64,000 bases of DNA, from positions 6,304,001-6,368,000 of the forward strand of contig CAVTTN010000002.1 of the NCBI GenBank assembly GCA_963737655.1. The letters run 5' to 3'. Made by a program: the position numbers and the translations under genes. The notes below the pieces were generated by a model. It had not been told where the DNA came from, searched no databases, and saw nothing but the letters and a program-made list of their open reading frames with translations. The stretch is from an uncultured Planctomycetota bacterium. Its GTDB lineage: Bacteria > Planctomycetota > Planctomycetia > Isosphaerales > Isosphaeraceae. Below, in pieces: positions 10,473-19,741 of the stretch; position 1 is the first letter of the stretch, and every line of letters begins with the position of its first letter.

Positions 10473-11543
10473 TCAGAAGGCGTCGGCGGCGACGACCTCG
10501 GAGCCGGCCCGGGTCGAGAGCGCCTGCCAGACCCCGGGTCGGGGCAGGTCGATCCACCATCCGCCGGGGTCGCGACTCGCCCCGATCGGCTGGCCGGTCT
10601 TCGGCTCGAACGGCCAGGTCTCGATCGAGTCCTTCACGAATCGGACTGAGCCGTCCCCCATCAGCGCGTTCAGGCCGCCCGGATGGAGGCTGGAGGCGGA
10701 GAGGGTCCGCGCCTCGGCGGCGAGGAGGGCGACCTTCTCGGCCGCGTTGGGCGGATAGAACGTCGTGGCCAGGGTGTCTCCCCAGTTGCCGGTCACGTAC
10801 CAGCCCTTCTGCGGGAAGAGCGACGGGTCGATGGCGTCGAGGGCGCGGAGCGGGTTCGTGGCCCGTTCCAGGACGAAGAAGGTCTGGCTCATCCCGTCGG
10901 TGACCGACGCCACGGCGATGGGGTGGACGTCGTGAAAAATCCCGTCGTTCTGGGCCGAGGCCATCGAGAGGACCCGGCAATCGTTGCTCGGGATCGCCCG
11001 GGCGTCGGTCCTCAGAGACCCCATGCACCCCTCGTAGCTGGTGAAGACCATCCGATGCCGACCGCCGGGCGGGTCCGGGTTGCCCAGGCCGATCAGGGCG
11101 TCGGCCATCAGGTCGCGAGCGACTCCGGAATCGGGATCGCTCGGGCAGGCGAACGCCCCGACGGCGACGGAGTGGCTCGTCGTGTTCTCCACCCCGACGA
11201 TCGTCAACTCGTGGTTGATCGCGTTGTAGAGGCCCGCTTGCTCCAGGAACGGCAGGATGTGGACATGCAGGCTCTTGTCGATATATTGCGAGGTGCAGGG
11301 GGGATTCGAGCCCGAGAACCGGGGGTCATACGACCTCATCCGGCCGGGAGGGAAGCACCCGTAGGCCGCCTCATAGTGATGGAGCGCCAGGCCGAGCTGC
11401 TTCAGGTTGTTGGCGCATCGCATCCGCCGGGCCGCCTCCCTCGCCGCCTGGACGGCCGGCAGGAGCAGCGCGATCAGGAGGGCGAGGACCGAGAGGACGA
11501 CGAGCAACTCGATCAGGGTGAATCCCCGGCGGCGGTGAGTCAT
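10473..11543 (-). CDS. DUF1559 protein with prepilin-type N-terminal cleavage/methylation site and H-X9-DG C-terminus
   Basis: RRRGFTLIELLVV...LLPAVQAAREAARRMRCANNLKQLGLALHHY; ACPSD; SLHPGGLNALMGDGSVRF. Confidence 0.95.
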   Translation of the reverse strand: MTHRRRGFTLIELLVVLSVLALLIALLLPAVQAAREAARRMRCANNLKQLGLALHHYEAAYGCFPPGRMRSYDPRFSGSNPPCTSQYIDKSLHVHILPFLEQAGLYNAINHELTIVGVENTTSHSVAVGAFACPSDPDSGVARDLMADALIGLGNPDPPGGRHRMVFTSYEGCMGSLRTDARAIPSNDCRVLSMASAQNDGIFHDVHPIAVASVTDGMSQTFFVLERATNPLRALDAIDPSLFPQKGWYVTGNWGDTLATTFYPPNAAEKVALLAAEARTLSASSLHPGGLNALMGDGSVRFVKDSIETWPFEPKTGQPIGASRDPGGWWIDLPRPGVWQALSTRAGSEVVAADAF

Positions 11544-11583
11544 CGGTCGGTCCTCCCGGCGGGCCCGGGGCGTCCGGGGCCGC

Positions 11584-12510
11584 TCACGACGCCGCGCGGA
11601 CGGCCCGCCTCCCCAACGCGATCGACACGGCCGCCGCGACGACGGCCAGGACGACGAGCCAGGGGACCGGGCCCGACCACATCGACGGCCGGGACGGCCG
11701 CTCCAGCGACCCCAGCCCGAACTCGTCCAGGGTGAAGCGCCCCGGCGGTGTCGGCCCGCGCTCGAATTTGTCGATGACGAACTCCCCGGAATAGGTCTCG
11801 CCGTGCTTCTTCGTCCCGGAATGCTGGACGAGCTTCCAGGGGATGGGCAAGCCGTCGGTTTCCTCGTGATAATAGGGAGTGTACTGGATGTACATCCCGT
11901 CGTCCCAGCGGATCTCGCTCGACTCGAGCCGCCAGGACTTCGCGGGGTTGAGGGTGAACCAGCCCTGATATGCGAAGTCGTTCTTTTTGCCGCTGGACGG
12001 ATGGCGAAAGTGCGCCTTGATCCACTTCGCCCCGTCATGATCTTCGCGAGAGACCTCGAGGAGCTCGAACCTGGGGTCGCTGAGGATCGTCGAGATCCGA
12101 TCCAGGTTGAATCGACAGGGGAACTCCACGCGTGCACGCTGCTCGTTCAGCCTCATCACGAAATCGTCAGGCTTCGTGTCGAACGCCCCAAGAGTGAAGG
12201 GGCGATCCGGTTGGTCCCGGATCAGGAGGAACGACCGCTCGGGGGACGTGACCGCTATCAGTTCCGCAGGTTGGTTCCGCCCCGCGATGAGCACTCGGTC
12301 CGAGCGCCGACTCGCGCCGTCCTCGAACAAGCGGACCTTGAACGTACGGTCTCCATCGCTGAGGAGCGGATGCTCGTAGATGGTCAGGTCGGCGCGATAC
12401 TGTCGGAAATATTCCTCGTACAAACGAGCGTATTTCGGGTAAGAAGTGAGGAGCTCCTCCCTCGGGTTCGCCACCAAGACGAGGAGGGATGCGCATACAG
12501 TACAGAGCAT
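11584..12510 (-). CDS. Hypothetical exported protein with C-terminal transmembrane anchor
   Basis: Short hydrophobic N-terminus, beta-rich core, FTLDEFGL then WLVVLAVVAAAVSIALGRR anchor. Start uncertain. Confidence 0.7.
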   Translation of the reverse strand: MLCTVCASLLVLVANPREELLTSYPKYARLYEEYFRQYRADLTIYEHPLLSDGDRTFKVRLFEDGASRRSDRVLIAGRNQPAELIAVTSPERSFLLIRDQPDRPFTLGAFDTKPDDFVMRLNEQRARVEFPCRFNLDRISTILSDPRFELLEVSREDHDGAKWIKAHFRHPSSGKKNDFAYQGWFTLNPAKSWRLESSEIRWDDGMYIQYTPYYHEETDGLPIPWKLVQHSGTKKHGETYSGEFVIDKFERGPTPPGRFTLDEFGLGSLERPSRPSMWSGPVPWLVVLAVVAAAVSIALGRRAVRAAS

Positions 12511-12569
12511 CGGGCTTGGTCCTCGAAGGTCTGGCCCGAGAGTCGATCCCCGGGCCCTACTAATAGATA

Positions 12570-12803
12570 TCATTCGCATGTCCTGTTTGCATTGCATGTG
12601 CATTTATAACACTTGTCTGTCGTGTCTCGGGAGCAAGTATTGCCGGATCCGCCGTTGGCACAGCCACAATCATCGACGCAGCTGAAGTTGGGCGTCGGGT
12701 CGGCGACGGCAATCGAATTGGCGCCGATCAGGACGGCCAGAGTGAGCAGGACCACGGACGCGGCGGCCGACAGCGTGGAGCCGAGGTGGAGCAAACGGGC
12801 CAT
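12570..12803 (-). CDS. Small secreted cysteine-rich peptide (77 aa, 8 Cys in the mature part)
   Basis: AGGAGG RBS before ATG 12803; signal peptide ending AVA-D; mature DPTPNFSCVDDCGCANGGSGNTCSRDTTDKCYKCTCNANRTCE. Confidence 0.8.
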   Translation of the reverse strand: MARLLHLGSTLSAAASVVLLTLAVLIGANSIAVADPTPNFSCVDDCGCANGGSGNTCSRDTTDKCYKCTCNANRTCE

Positions 12804-12881
12804 GACGGGACCTCCTGGCAAGCACTTTGGGAAGCCGGCCACCGCCCGACGCGGACGGCGGCATCGGACGTCGAGACGACC

Positions 12882-13337
12882 TCAAGGGGAGGAGGAGGCG
12901 ACCGGCGAGGGGGTCGGCCCATCGACCTCTCCTCGGACGGTCAGCTCCAGGGACTTCCATCCCGGGCAATCGGTGAAGATCGCGATCGTCCGATCGCAAT
13001 GCCCCGGGTTCTTCGTCTCGGTCACCACGACCACTTCGCGAGTCTCGCCCGGGGGGATCGTGAAGGGCAGCCCTTCGGCCTCGATGCACGCGACGGCGCT
13101 ACAAGTGAACGTCCCGCCGACGACCCGGATCGGTCCCCGGCCGCGGTTGGTGAACCGGAACGGGACGCGGACCGTGGTCCTCGGCGGGACCGTCCCGAGG
13201 CTCTTGATCGGGGAATCGATCGTCAGGTCGCCCGGGGCGGGCATCGCCAGGTGTCGCTCATAGGCCCAGGCCGCCAACGCCCCGCAGGACGCCGCGACGA
13301 GGGCCATCGCGAAGGAGGCGATTCGCAGTCGGTTCAT
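12882..13337 (-). CDS. DUF1573-like Ig-fold protein with N-terminal membrane anchor
   Basis: LGTVPP...VPFRFTNRGRGPIRVVG..TCSAVAC...IPPGET...IFTDC; 4-bp overlap with the upstream gene. Confidence 0.75.
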   Translation of the reverse strand: MNRLRIASFAMALVAASCGALAAWAYERHLAMPAPGDLTIDSPIKSLGTVPPRTTVRVPFRFTNRGRGPIRVVGGTFTCSAVACIEAEGLPFTIPPGETREVVVVTETKNPGHCDRTIAIFTDCPGWKSLELTVRGEVDGPTPSPVASSSP

Positions 13338-13858
13338 GAGGAAGGCCCTCCCCTCGGGGCCGGGGCCGGGGCCTCGTCCGCCTGGACCTCGCCCGAGGCG
13401 ACCAGCCGGATCGAGGTCGATCGTCCCGCGTCGGTGTACACTTCCAACGCCCCGGAGAAGGGGCCGGCGCCCTTGCCGGGTCGCACCCGGACTTCCAGGG
13501 CCCCGCGCCCTCCCGGCGGGACGACCACCGGCAGGCCGCCGGCCGAGGTGCAGGTACACGAGGACTTCGCCCCGACGATCGTGATCGGAGACGCCGAGTA
13601 ATTCACATAAGGGAAGCGGACCAGGCGAACCTGCTCGGCGCCGACTTTCCCCACGTCCCGAGACCGGGCCTCGAAGACCAGGCGCTCGCCGCGAGCGAAC
13701 GCGAGGGCCGCCGGGACCGACCCGAATCGCGCGATCGCCACCGCCGCCACGGCGGCGAGCATCGCGCCCGAGATCGCCATCGTCTTCACAATCGAGGAAA
13801 GGCCCCCGGGGGCCATCGAGAGTGGTGCCGCATTGGGTGGAGGTGGAGGTTGAGGCAT
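13334..13858 (-). CDS. DUF1573 domain protein with N-terminal membrane anchor
   Basis: DVGKV...FPYVNYSASPITIVGAKSSCTCT...VPPGG...VYTD matches the DUF1573 pattern with CxC. Confidence 0.8.
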   Translation of the reverse strand: MPQPPPPPNAAPLSMAPGGLSSIVKTMAISGAMLAAVAAVAIARFGSVPAALAFARGERLVFEARSRDVGKVGAEQVRLVRFPYVNYSASPITIVGAKSSCTCTSAGGLPVVVPPGGRGALEVRVRPGKGAGPFSGALEVYTDAGRSTSIRLVASGEVQADEAPAPAPRGGPSS

Positions 13859-13881
13859 GGGGCTAGCTCCAGGTCCGCCGA

Positions 13882-14347
13882 TCAATTCCTGACGAGATCG
13901 CGGATCGTCACGAGGCAATTGGCGCGGAGGCACGGCCTCCCGTCGGCATCCCGCCCGGTGACGACGATGGCCAGTTCCCCGCGAAATCCGGGATCTTCGG
14001 CCGGGTCGAACGTGACGGTCATCTCCGCCGAACGCCCCGGCTCGACCCGCAGAGAGCCCGGCGAGACGCGAAGGCAGGGACAACTCGTCTCGAATCGCTC
14101 GACGATCAAAGGGGAGGATCGCCGGTTGTCCACCGTGGCGCTCGCTCGCGCGGTTTCACCCGGAGCAAGCGCCCCCAAGCAGAGAGGGGCCAACTCCAGG
14201 AGCGAGACCGATCCACGAATGCTGGTTGATGTTAAAGGGGGGGGAAAGAGACGTGGAGGAGCATGCCGCGAACCAGGACGGCAAGACGATCAGGGGAAGG
14301 AGGTGCCGCCATCGAGATGGCTCGACCGGATGGTTCGAGTTCGACAT
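13882..14347 (-). CDS. DUF1573 domain putative lipoprotein, frameshifted at a G8 tract
   Basis: C-terminal part VDNRRSSPLIVERFETSCPCLRV...VEPGRS. N-terminal part MSNSN...HLLPLIVLPSWFAAC (lipobox-like) is in another frame. They join at G8 14237-14244 if the run is 7 or 10 long. Confidence 0.6.
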
Positions 14348-14507
14348 CGACAACACCCTCCGCGAGCCGGCTCGCCTCGCCTTCGGAATCCTCATCGTCC
14401 GATGATACGACGTCGCTCTGCCCCGTCAAGGGGCCGCGCCGGGGAATTCGCGATCTTGAACCAAAAGCTTCGGGTCCCGGGGCGATCCGGGGAGCGACGG
14501 CGGATGA

Positions 14508-14545
14508 CGAATCGGGTCGGGTGGCATGCCATCCGACCCGATTCG
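14508..14545. repeat. Palindrome, REP-like (GGGTGGCATG family)
   Basis: CGAATCGGGTCGG / CCGACCCGATTCG 13-bp arms around the palindromic core TGGCATGCCA. Confidence 0.7.
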
Positions 14546-14660
14546 CTTGCCAGCCCGGCATGTTGACAGGCGGGGCGGGCGGCGCTAGAGTCCCGGATGA
14601 GTTCGAGGGTACGGGCCCTCCCGCCCCCTGTCAACGCGCCGAAACCCCTCGGGTCCCCTC

Positions 14661-15518
14661 ATGCGAGAACGCTCGTTCGTGACGGCCGCCGGGGTCGAGC
14701 TGCACGTCGCGTCGTCGCCGCCGATCGGCCCGCCGGTCGTCCTGCTCCACGGGGTGACCCGCCGCTGGCAGGACTGGCTCGGCGTGATCCCCTGGCTCTC
14801 GCCGCGATGGGAGGTCGCCGCCCTGGATTTCCGGGGGCACGGCCTCTCCCGCCGCACGCCCGGGGCCTACCGGATCGCCGACTACGTGCCCGACGTCGTC
14901 GATTTCCTCCGCCGGGGGCTGACCGAGCCGGCCATCCTGATCGGCCACTCGCTCGGCGGCAACGTCGCCGCGGGCGTCGCGGCGGCGGCCCCCGACCGAG
15001 TCCGGGCCGTGGTCCTCGAAGACCCTCCGCTCGAGATGGCCGGCGAGCGGATCGTCGAGACGCCGTTCCTCGAAACCTTCCGCGTGTTCGTGAAGCACGC
15101 CGGTTCAGGTCAATCCGTCGCCGCGATCGCCGCCGAGATGGCGGATGCGATCGTGACCCTGCCGAATCGCCCGGGGCCGTCGCGGCTGGGGGAGTTCCGC
15201 GACGTCCTCTCCCTCCGATCATCGGCGGCGAGCCTGAAGAGGCTCGACCCCGAGGTCCTCGAAGTCCCGATCGCGAAGCGGTGGCTCGACGGGTCGGACG
15301 TTCTGGGCGACCTCGGCCGAATCGCGTGCCCGGCCCTGCTCCTCGCGGCCGATTTCTCGCTCGGTGGGGCCCTGCCCGACGACGTGGCCGAACGCTCGGC
15401 GAGTCTCCTGCCCGAGGGCGTCCTCGTGAAGCTCCCCGGCGTCGGCCACAACGTCCACGCCTCGGCGCTCGACGCGATGATGAGGGCCGTCCTGCCGTTC
15501 CTCGGCTCGCTGGAATAA
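14661..15518 (+). CDS. Alpha/beta fold hydrolase
   Basis: VVLLHG, DFRGHGLS, GHSLGG nucleophile, C-terminal GVGHNVH. Confidence 0.9.
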   Translation: MRERSFVTAAGVELHVASSPPIGPPVVLLHGVTRRWQDWLGVIPWLSPRWEVAALDFRGHGLSRRTPGAYRIADYVPDVVDFLRRGLTEPAILIGHSLGGNVAAGVAAAAPDRVRAVVLEDPPLEMAGERIVETPFLETFRVFVKHAGSGQSVAAIAAEMADAIVTLPNRPGPSRLGEFRDVLSLRSSAASLKRLDPEVLEVPIAKRWLDGSDVLGDLGRIACPALLLAADFSLGGALPDDVAERSASLLPEGVLVKLPGVGHNVHASALDAMMRAVLPFLGSLE

Positions 15519-15536
15519 CCGAATGAGGACGCGACG

Positions 15537-16808
15537 ATGAAGCTTTCCCAGGGGGTCACGAGGATTCGCAACGGCCGGCTCTTCGACGGGACCGGGGCCT
15601 CGCCGGTGCCCGACGCCGAGGTGATCGTCCGCGACGGCAAGATCCACTACGCCGGCCCCGCGCTCGCCTCGCCCGACGTCCCGCCCGACGTCCGGGAGAT
15701 CGACGCCCTCGGCGGGACGATCCTCCCGGGGCTGGTCGAGGCCCACTTCCACCCCACGTATTTCAACGTCGCCGAGCTCGCCGACCTGGACATCAAGTAC
15801 CCGGTCGAGTACGTCACGCTCCTGGCCGCGAGCAACGCGAAGCTCGCCCTCGAATGCGGATACACCGCCGCGCGCTCGGGCGGGAGCCTCCACAACATCG
15901 ACGTCTGGCTGAAGAAAGCGATTGAAGAGGAATTGATGCCGGGCCCGAGGCTCGCCGCCAGCGGCCGGGAGATCTGCGGGGCCGGCGGGCTGATGGACTG
16001 GAACCCCGAACATATGAAGCTCGGCATGGAGGGCCTGATCCTCCTGATCAACGGGCCGGAAGAGGGGCGAAAAGCGGTGCGGAAGCTGGTGAAGGACGGG
16101 GTCGAGTGGATCAAGACCTATCCCACCGGAGACGCCGCCGCGCCCGACGCCGCCGACCACCACACGCTCTGCATGACGTTCGACGAGATGGCCGCCGTCG
16201 TGGCCGAGGCCCACAACTTCCGCAAGAAGGTCACCGGCCACTGCCGGGCGAACCAGGGGATCAAGAACGCGCTCTGCGCCGGGTTCGACTGCCTCGAACA
16301 CGGCACGTTCATGGACGCCGAGGCGCTCGACCTGCTGCTCGCGAGAGATGTTCCCGTGGTCCCGGCCCTCCAGTTCGAGCTGGCGAGCATCGAGAAAGGC
16401 CCATCCTTCGGGATGCCCCAGGCCGTCGTGGACGGCCACCAGGAGACGCTGGACGGCGGGATCGAGAGCGCCCGGATGATCCTCGAGGCCGGGGGCCGGC
16501 TCGGGATGGGCGGCGACTACGGGTTCGCCTGGAACCCCCACGGCGACTACGCGAAGGAACTCACCTTCTTCGTCAAGTATGCCGGATTCTCGCCCCTGAA
16601 CATCCTCAAGTGTGCCACAAAAACGGGTGCCGAGATCATGGGCCGAGGCGCCGAGATCGGGACCGTGGAGCGAGGGAAGCTTGCGGACCTGCTGATCGTC
16701 GAGGGCGACGTCGTGGCCGACATCGCGATCCTGGAGGATCGCTCGAAGTTCATCGCCGTGATGCAGGGGGGGATCGTGAAGGCCGGGAGGTTGGCGAGGC
16801 ATTCATGA
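15537..16808 (+). CDS. Metal-dependent amidohydrolase (Xaa-Pro dipeptidase/prolidase-like subgroup)
   Basis: TILPGLVEAHFH, WIK, GHC, LEHG, MGGD, GTVERGKLADLLIV. Confidence 0.9.
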   Translation: MKLSQGVTRIRNGRLFDGTGASPVPDAEVIVRDGKIHYAGPALASPDVPPDVREIDALGGTILPGLVEAHFHPTYFNVAELADLDIKYPVEYVTLLAASNAKLALECGYTAARSGGSLHNIDVWLKKAIEEELMPGPRLAASGREICGAGGLMDWNPEHMKLGMEGLILLINGPEEGRKAVRKLVKDGVEWIKTYPTGDAAAPDAADHHTLCMTFDEMAAVVAEAHNFRKKVTGHCRANQGIKNALCAGFDCLEHGTFMDAEALDLLLARDVPVVPALQFELASIEKGPSFGMPQAVVDGHQETLDGGIESARMILEAGGRLGMGGDYGFAWNPHGDYAKELTFFVKYAGFSPLNILKCATKTGAEIMGRGAEIGTVERGKLADLLIVEGDVVADIAILEDRSKFIAVMQGGIVKAGRLARHS

Positions 16809-16810
16809 CA

Positions 16811-16940
16811 TGTCGAAACGCCCCGACGGAGCGAGAGATCGAGTAGGTCCGACTTCAGTCGGGCCTATAAGAGTGTCAGGCTTTGTAGGCCCGACTGAAG
16901 TCGGACCGACTCGATCGGCGACGACCGGGTTTTCCGGCCG
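16811..16940. repeat. Composite REP doublet (GTAG family) inside degenerate TGTCGAAA(A)CCCCG...CGGGTTTTC ends
   Basis: GATCGAGTAGGTCCGACTTCAGTCGGGCCTA (from 16837) faces GTAGGCCCGACTGAAGTCGGACCGACTCGATC (16885-16916), between convergent genes. A related copy lies at 56673-56802. Confidence 0.75.
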
Positions 16941-16963
16941 AGCAAGGCCCGCGATCGCGACCG

Positions 16964-19741
16964 CTACGAACGGACGGGCTCGGCCGCCTTGATCCTCGCC
17001 GCGCAGAACTTGAACTCGGGGATCTTGCCGAACGGGTCGAGCGCGGGGTTGGTCAGGAGGTTCGCGGCGGCCTCGGCGAAACAGAACGGCAGGAAGATCA
17101 GGCCGGGCGGGACGTCGCGATCGGCCCGGGCCTTCAGGTCGATGCCGCCCCTCCGCGTCTCGATGCGGACGAACTCGCCGGCCCTCACGCCGATCTTCTC
17201 CAGCTCCGACGGCGACACCAGCGCCACCGCCTCCGGTTCGAGGTCGTCGAGGACGCTCGCCCGCCTCGTCATGGCGCCGGTGTGCCAGTGTTCGAGGAGC
17301 CGCCCGGTCGAGAGGACGAGCGGATAGTCGGCGTCGGGCAGCTCGTCGGGCGGCAGGACGGAGGCCGGGACGAGCTTCCCCCGGCCGGTCGGCGTCGGGA
17401 ACCCCTCGGCGAACAGGACTTCATGCCCCGGTTCGTCCTCGGAGTCGCACGGATACGTCACGCCCCCCTCGCGCTCCAGGCGTTCCCAGGTGATCGCACC
17501 GAGCGACGGCATGCACCGCGTCATCTCGGCGAAAACATCGCGGGGATGTTCATAGGACCAATCCAGCCCGAGACGACGGGCCATCTCCTGGACGATCCAC
17601 CAGTCGGGCCGGGCGTCCCCGGGAGGGTCGATCGCCTTGCGGCCGATCTGGACCCGGCGATCGGTGTTCGTGAACGTGCCGTCCTTCTCGGCGAACGCCG
17701 AGGCGGGCAGGATCACGTCGGCGAACGAGGCGGTCTCGGTCGGGAAGATCTCCTGGACGACCAGGTGATCGAGGCTCGCCAGGGCCTCCCTCGCGTGCGA
17801 GAGGTCCGGGTCGGACATCGCCGGGTTCTCGCCGAGGATGTACATCCCTCGAATCGTCCCCCCGCGGATGGCGTTCATGATCTCGACCACGGTCAGGCCG
17901 GGCATCGGGTCGAGATCGGCGCCCCAGAGCGTTTCGAAACGCTCCCGGGTGGCGTCTTCCTTCACCGGGCGATAATCGGGGTAGAACATCGGGATCAGGC
18001 CGACGTCGGAGGCCCCCTGGACGTTGTTCTGGCCCCTCAGCGGATGCAGTCCCGCCCCCGGCTTCCCCACGTGGCCGCAGAGCAACGCCAGGGCGATCAG
18101 GCATCGGGCATTGTCGGTCCCGTGAACATGCTGGGAGATGCCCATGCCCCAGAAGATCATCGCCGCCTTCGCGTTCGCATAAGTGCGCGCCACCGACCGG
18201 AGGGCCTCCGCGTCGATCCCGCACGCGGGCGCCATCGCCTCGGGCGAGCAGGGCCGGACCTGGCGGCACAGGTCGTCGAACCCCTCGGTGAATCGGTCGA
18301 CATACGCCCTGTCGTACAATTTTTCATCGACGATCACGTGGATCAGGGCGTTCAGCAGCGCCACGTCCGACCCGGGCCGGAACGGGAGCATCGTCGAGGC
18401 GTGGCGGCGGAGCGCCTGGCCCCTCGGGTCGGCCACGATCAGGGTCGCCCCTCGTTTCGCGGCGTTCTTGAGGAAGGTGGCCGCGACCGGGTGGTTCACC
18501 GTCGGGTTCGCGCCGATGACGAGGATCACGTCGGAGTGGAGGCACTCCGCGACCGTCGCGGTCACCGCGCCCGAGCCGATCGTCTCCATCAGCGCGGCGA
18601 CGGACGAGGCGTGGCAGAGCCTCGTGCAGTGATCGACATTATTGCTGACGAAACCGGTCCTCACCAGTTTCTGGAACAAATAGGCTTCTTCATTGGACCC
18701 CTTCGCGGAGCCGAACCCGGCCAGGGCCCGGCCCCCGAGGCGGTCGCGGATCGACCTCAGGCCGTCGGCGGCGAAGTCGAGGGCCTCGTCCCACGACGCC
18801 GGGCGGAAGTGGGTCGAGATGTCGGCCGGATCGACGACGATCTCGACGGTCTTCGGCATCCCGGGCCGGCGGATCCACGGGTTCGTGAGCCGCTGAGGGT
18901 GTCGCGAGTAGTCCGAGCCGAAGCGGCCCTTCACGCACAAACGATTGTGGTTCGCCGGGCCGTCCCGCCCCTCGACGAACAGGATCTGATCGCCCCCGAG
19001 GTGATACGTGACCTGGCACCCCACCCCGCAATAGGGGCAGAGGCTCGGGACCTGGCGATCGGCGAGCTTCGCCCGACGGCCCGACTCGTCCAGGACGCTC
19101 GCCGGCAGGAGGGCGCCCGTGGGGCACGCCTGGACGCACTCGCCGCACCCCACGCAGGTGCTCCGACCCATCGGGTCATCGAAATCAAAGACGATCTTCG
19201 CATGATGGCCGCGCCGGGCCATCCCGATCACGTCGTTCGCCTGGACCTCCCGGCACGCCCGGACGCACAGGTTGCATTCGATGCACGAATCGAGCTGGAC
19301 CGCCATCGCCGGGTGGCTGCGATCGGGCGGCTCGACGCGTTCATCCCTGGGAAATCGGCTCGATTCGACGCCCACGCGATCGGCCCATCGCCAGAACTTC
19401 GAGTCGGCGTCGTGGGCCTCCGCCCTCGGCGGCTGGTCGGCGATCAGGAGCTCGAAGACGAGCGATCGGGCGGTCTCGGCCCGGTCCGAGCTGGTCGAGA
19501 CGACCATCCCCGGCATCGGCCGGCGGATGCACGAGGCGGCCAGGACGCGCTCTCCCTGGACCTCGACCATGCAGGCCCGGCAGTTGCCGTCCGGCCGGTA
19601 GCCGGGCTCGGGCGAATGGCAGAGGTGGGGGATCGCGGTCCCCTCCCGGGCGGCGACCTGCCAGATCGTCTCGCCCGCCCGGGCGACCACCGATCGGCCG
19701 TCGAGGGTGAATTCCACCGGCTGGGACGCGGGGTCGATCAT
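16964..19741 (-). CDS. fdhF: NAD-dependent formate dehydrogenase alpha subunit (Mo/W-bisPGD; 2Fe-2S and 4Fe-4S clusters)
   Basis: IPHLCH...GNCRACMVE, CIECNLCVRAC, CVGCGECVQACP, CPYCGVGC, active-site CTRLCH (Cys, not Sec), LRGQNNVQG, EHWHTG. ATG 19741 overlaps the beta-subunit stop. Confidence 0.95.
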   Translation of the reverse strand: MIDPASQPVEFTLDGRSVVARAGETIWQVAAREGTAIPHLCHSPEPGYRPDGNCRACMVEVQGERVLAASCIRRPMPGMVVSTSSDRAETARSLVFELLIADQPPRAEAHDADSKFWRWADRVGVESSRFPRDERVEPPDRSHPAMAVQLDSCIECNLCVRACREVQANDVIGMARRGHHAKIVFDFDDPMGRSTCVGCGECVQACPTGALLPASVLDESGRRAKLADRQVPSLCPYCGVGCQVTYHLGGDQILFVEGRDGPANHNRLCVKGRFGSDYSRHPQRLTNPWIRRPGMPKTVEIVVDPADISTHFRPASWDEALDFAADGLRSIRDRLGGRALAGFGSAKGSNEEAYLFQKLVRTGFVSNNVDHCTRLCHASSVAALMETIGSGAVTATVAECLHSDVILVIGANPTVNHPVAATFLKNAAKRGATLIVADPRGQALRRHASTMLPFRPGSDVALLNALIHVIVDEKLYDRAYVDRFTEGFDDLCRQVRPCSPEAMAPACGIDAEALRSVARTYANAKAAMIFWGMGISQHVHGTDNARCLIALALLCGHVGKPGAGLHPLRGQNNVQGASDVGLIPMFYPDYRPVKEDATRERFETLWGADLDPMPGLTVVEIMNAIRGGTIRGMYILGENPAMSDPDLSHAREALASLDHLVVQEIFPTETASFADVILPASAFAEKDGTFTNTDRRVQIGRKAIDPPGDARPDWWIVQEMARRLGLDWSYEHPRDVFAEMTRCMPSLGAITWERLEREGGVTYPCDSEDEPGHEVLFAEGFPTPTGRGKLVPASVLPPDELPDADYPLVLSTGRLLEHWHTGAMTRRASVLDDLEPEAVALVSPSELEKIGVRAGEFVRIETRRGGIDLKARADRDVPPGLIFLPFCFAEAAANLLTNPALDPFGKIPEFKFCAARIKAAEPVRS

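Noticed and set aside
16964..19741. Selenocysteine-containing formate dehydrogenase
   Set aside because: The active-site codon is TGC (CTRLCH) and there is no in-frame TGA.
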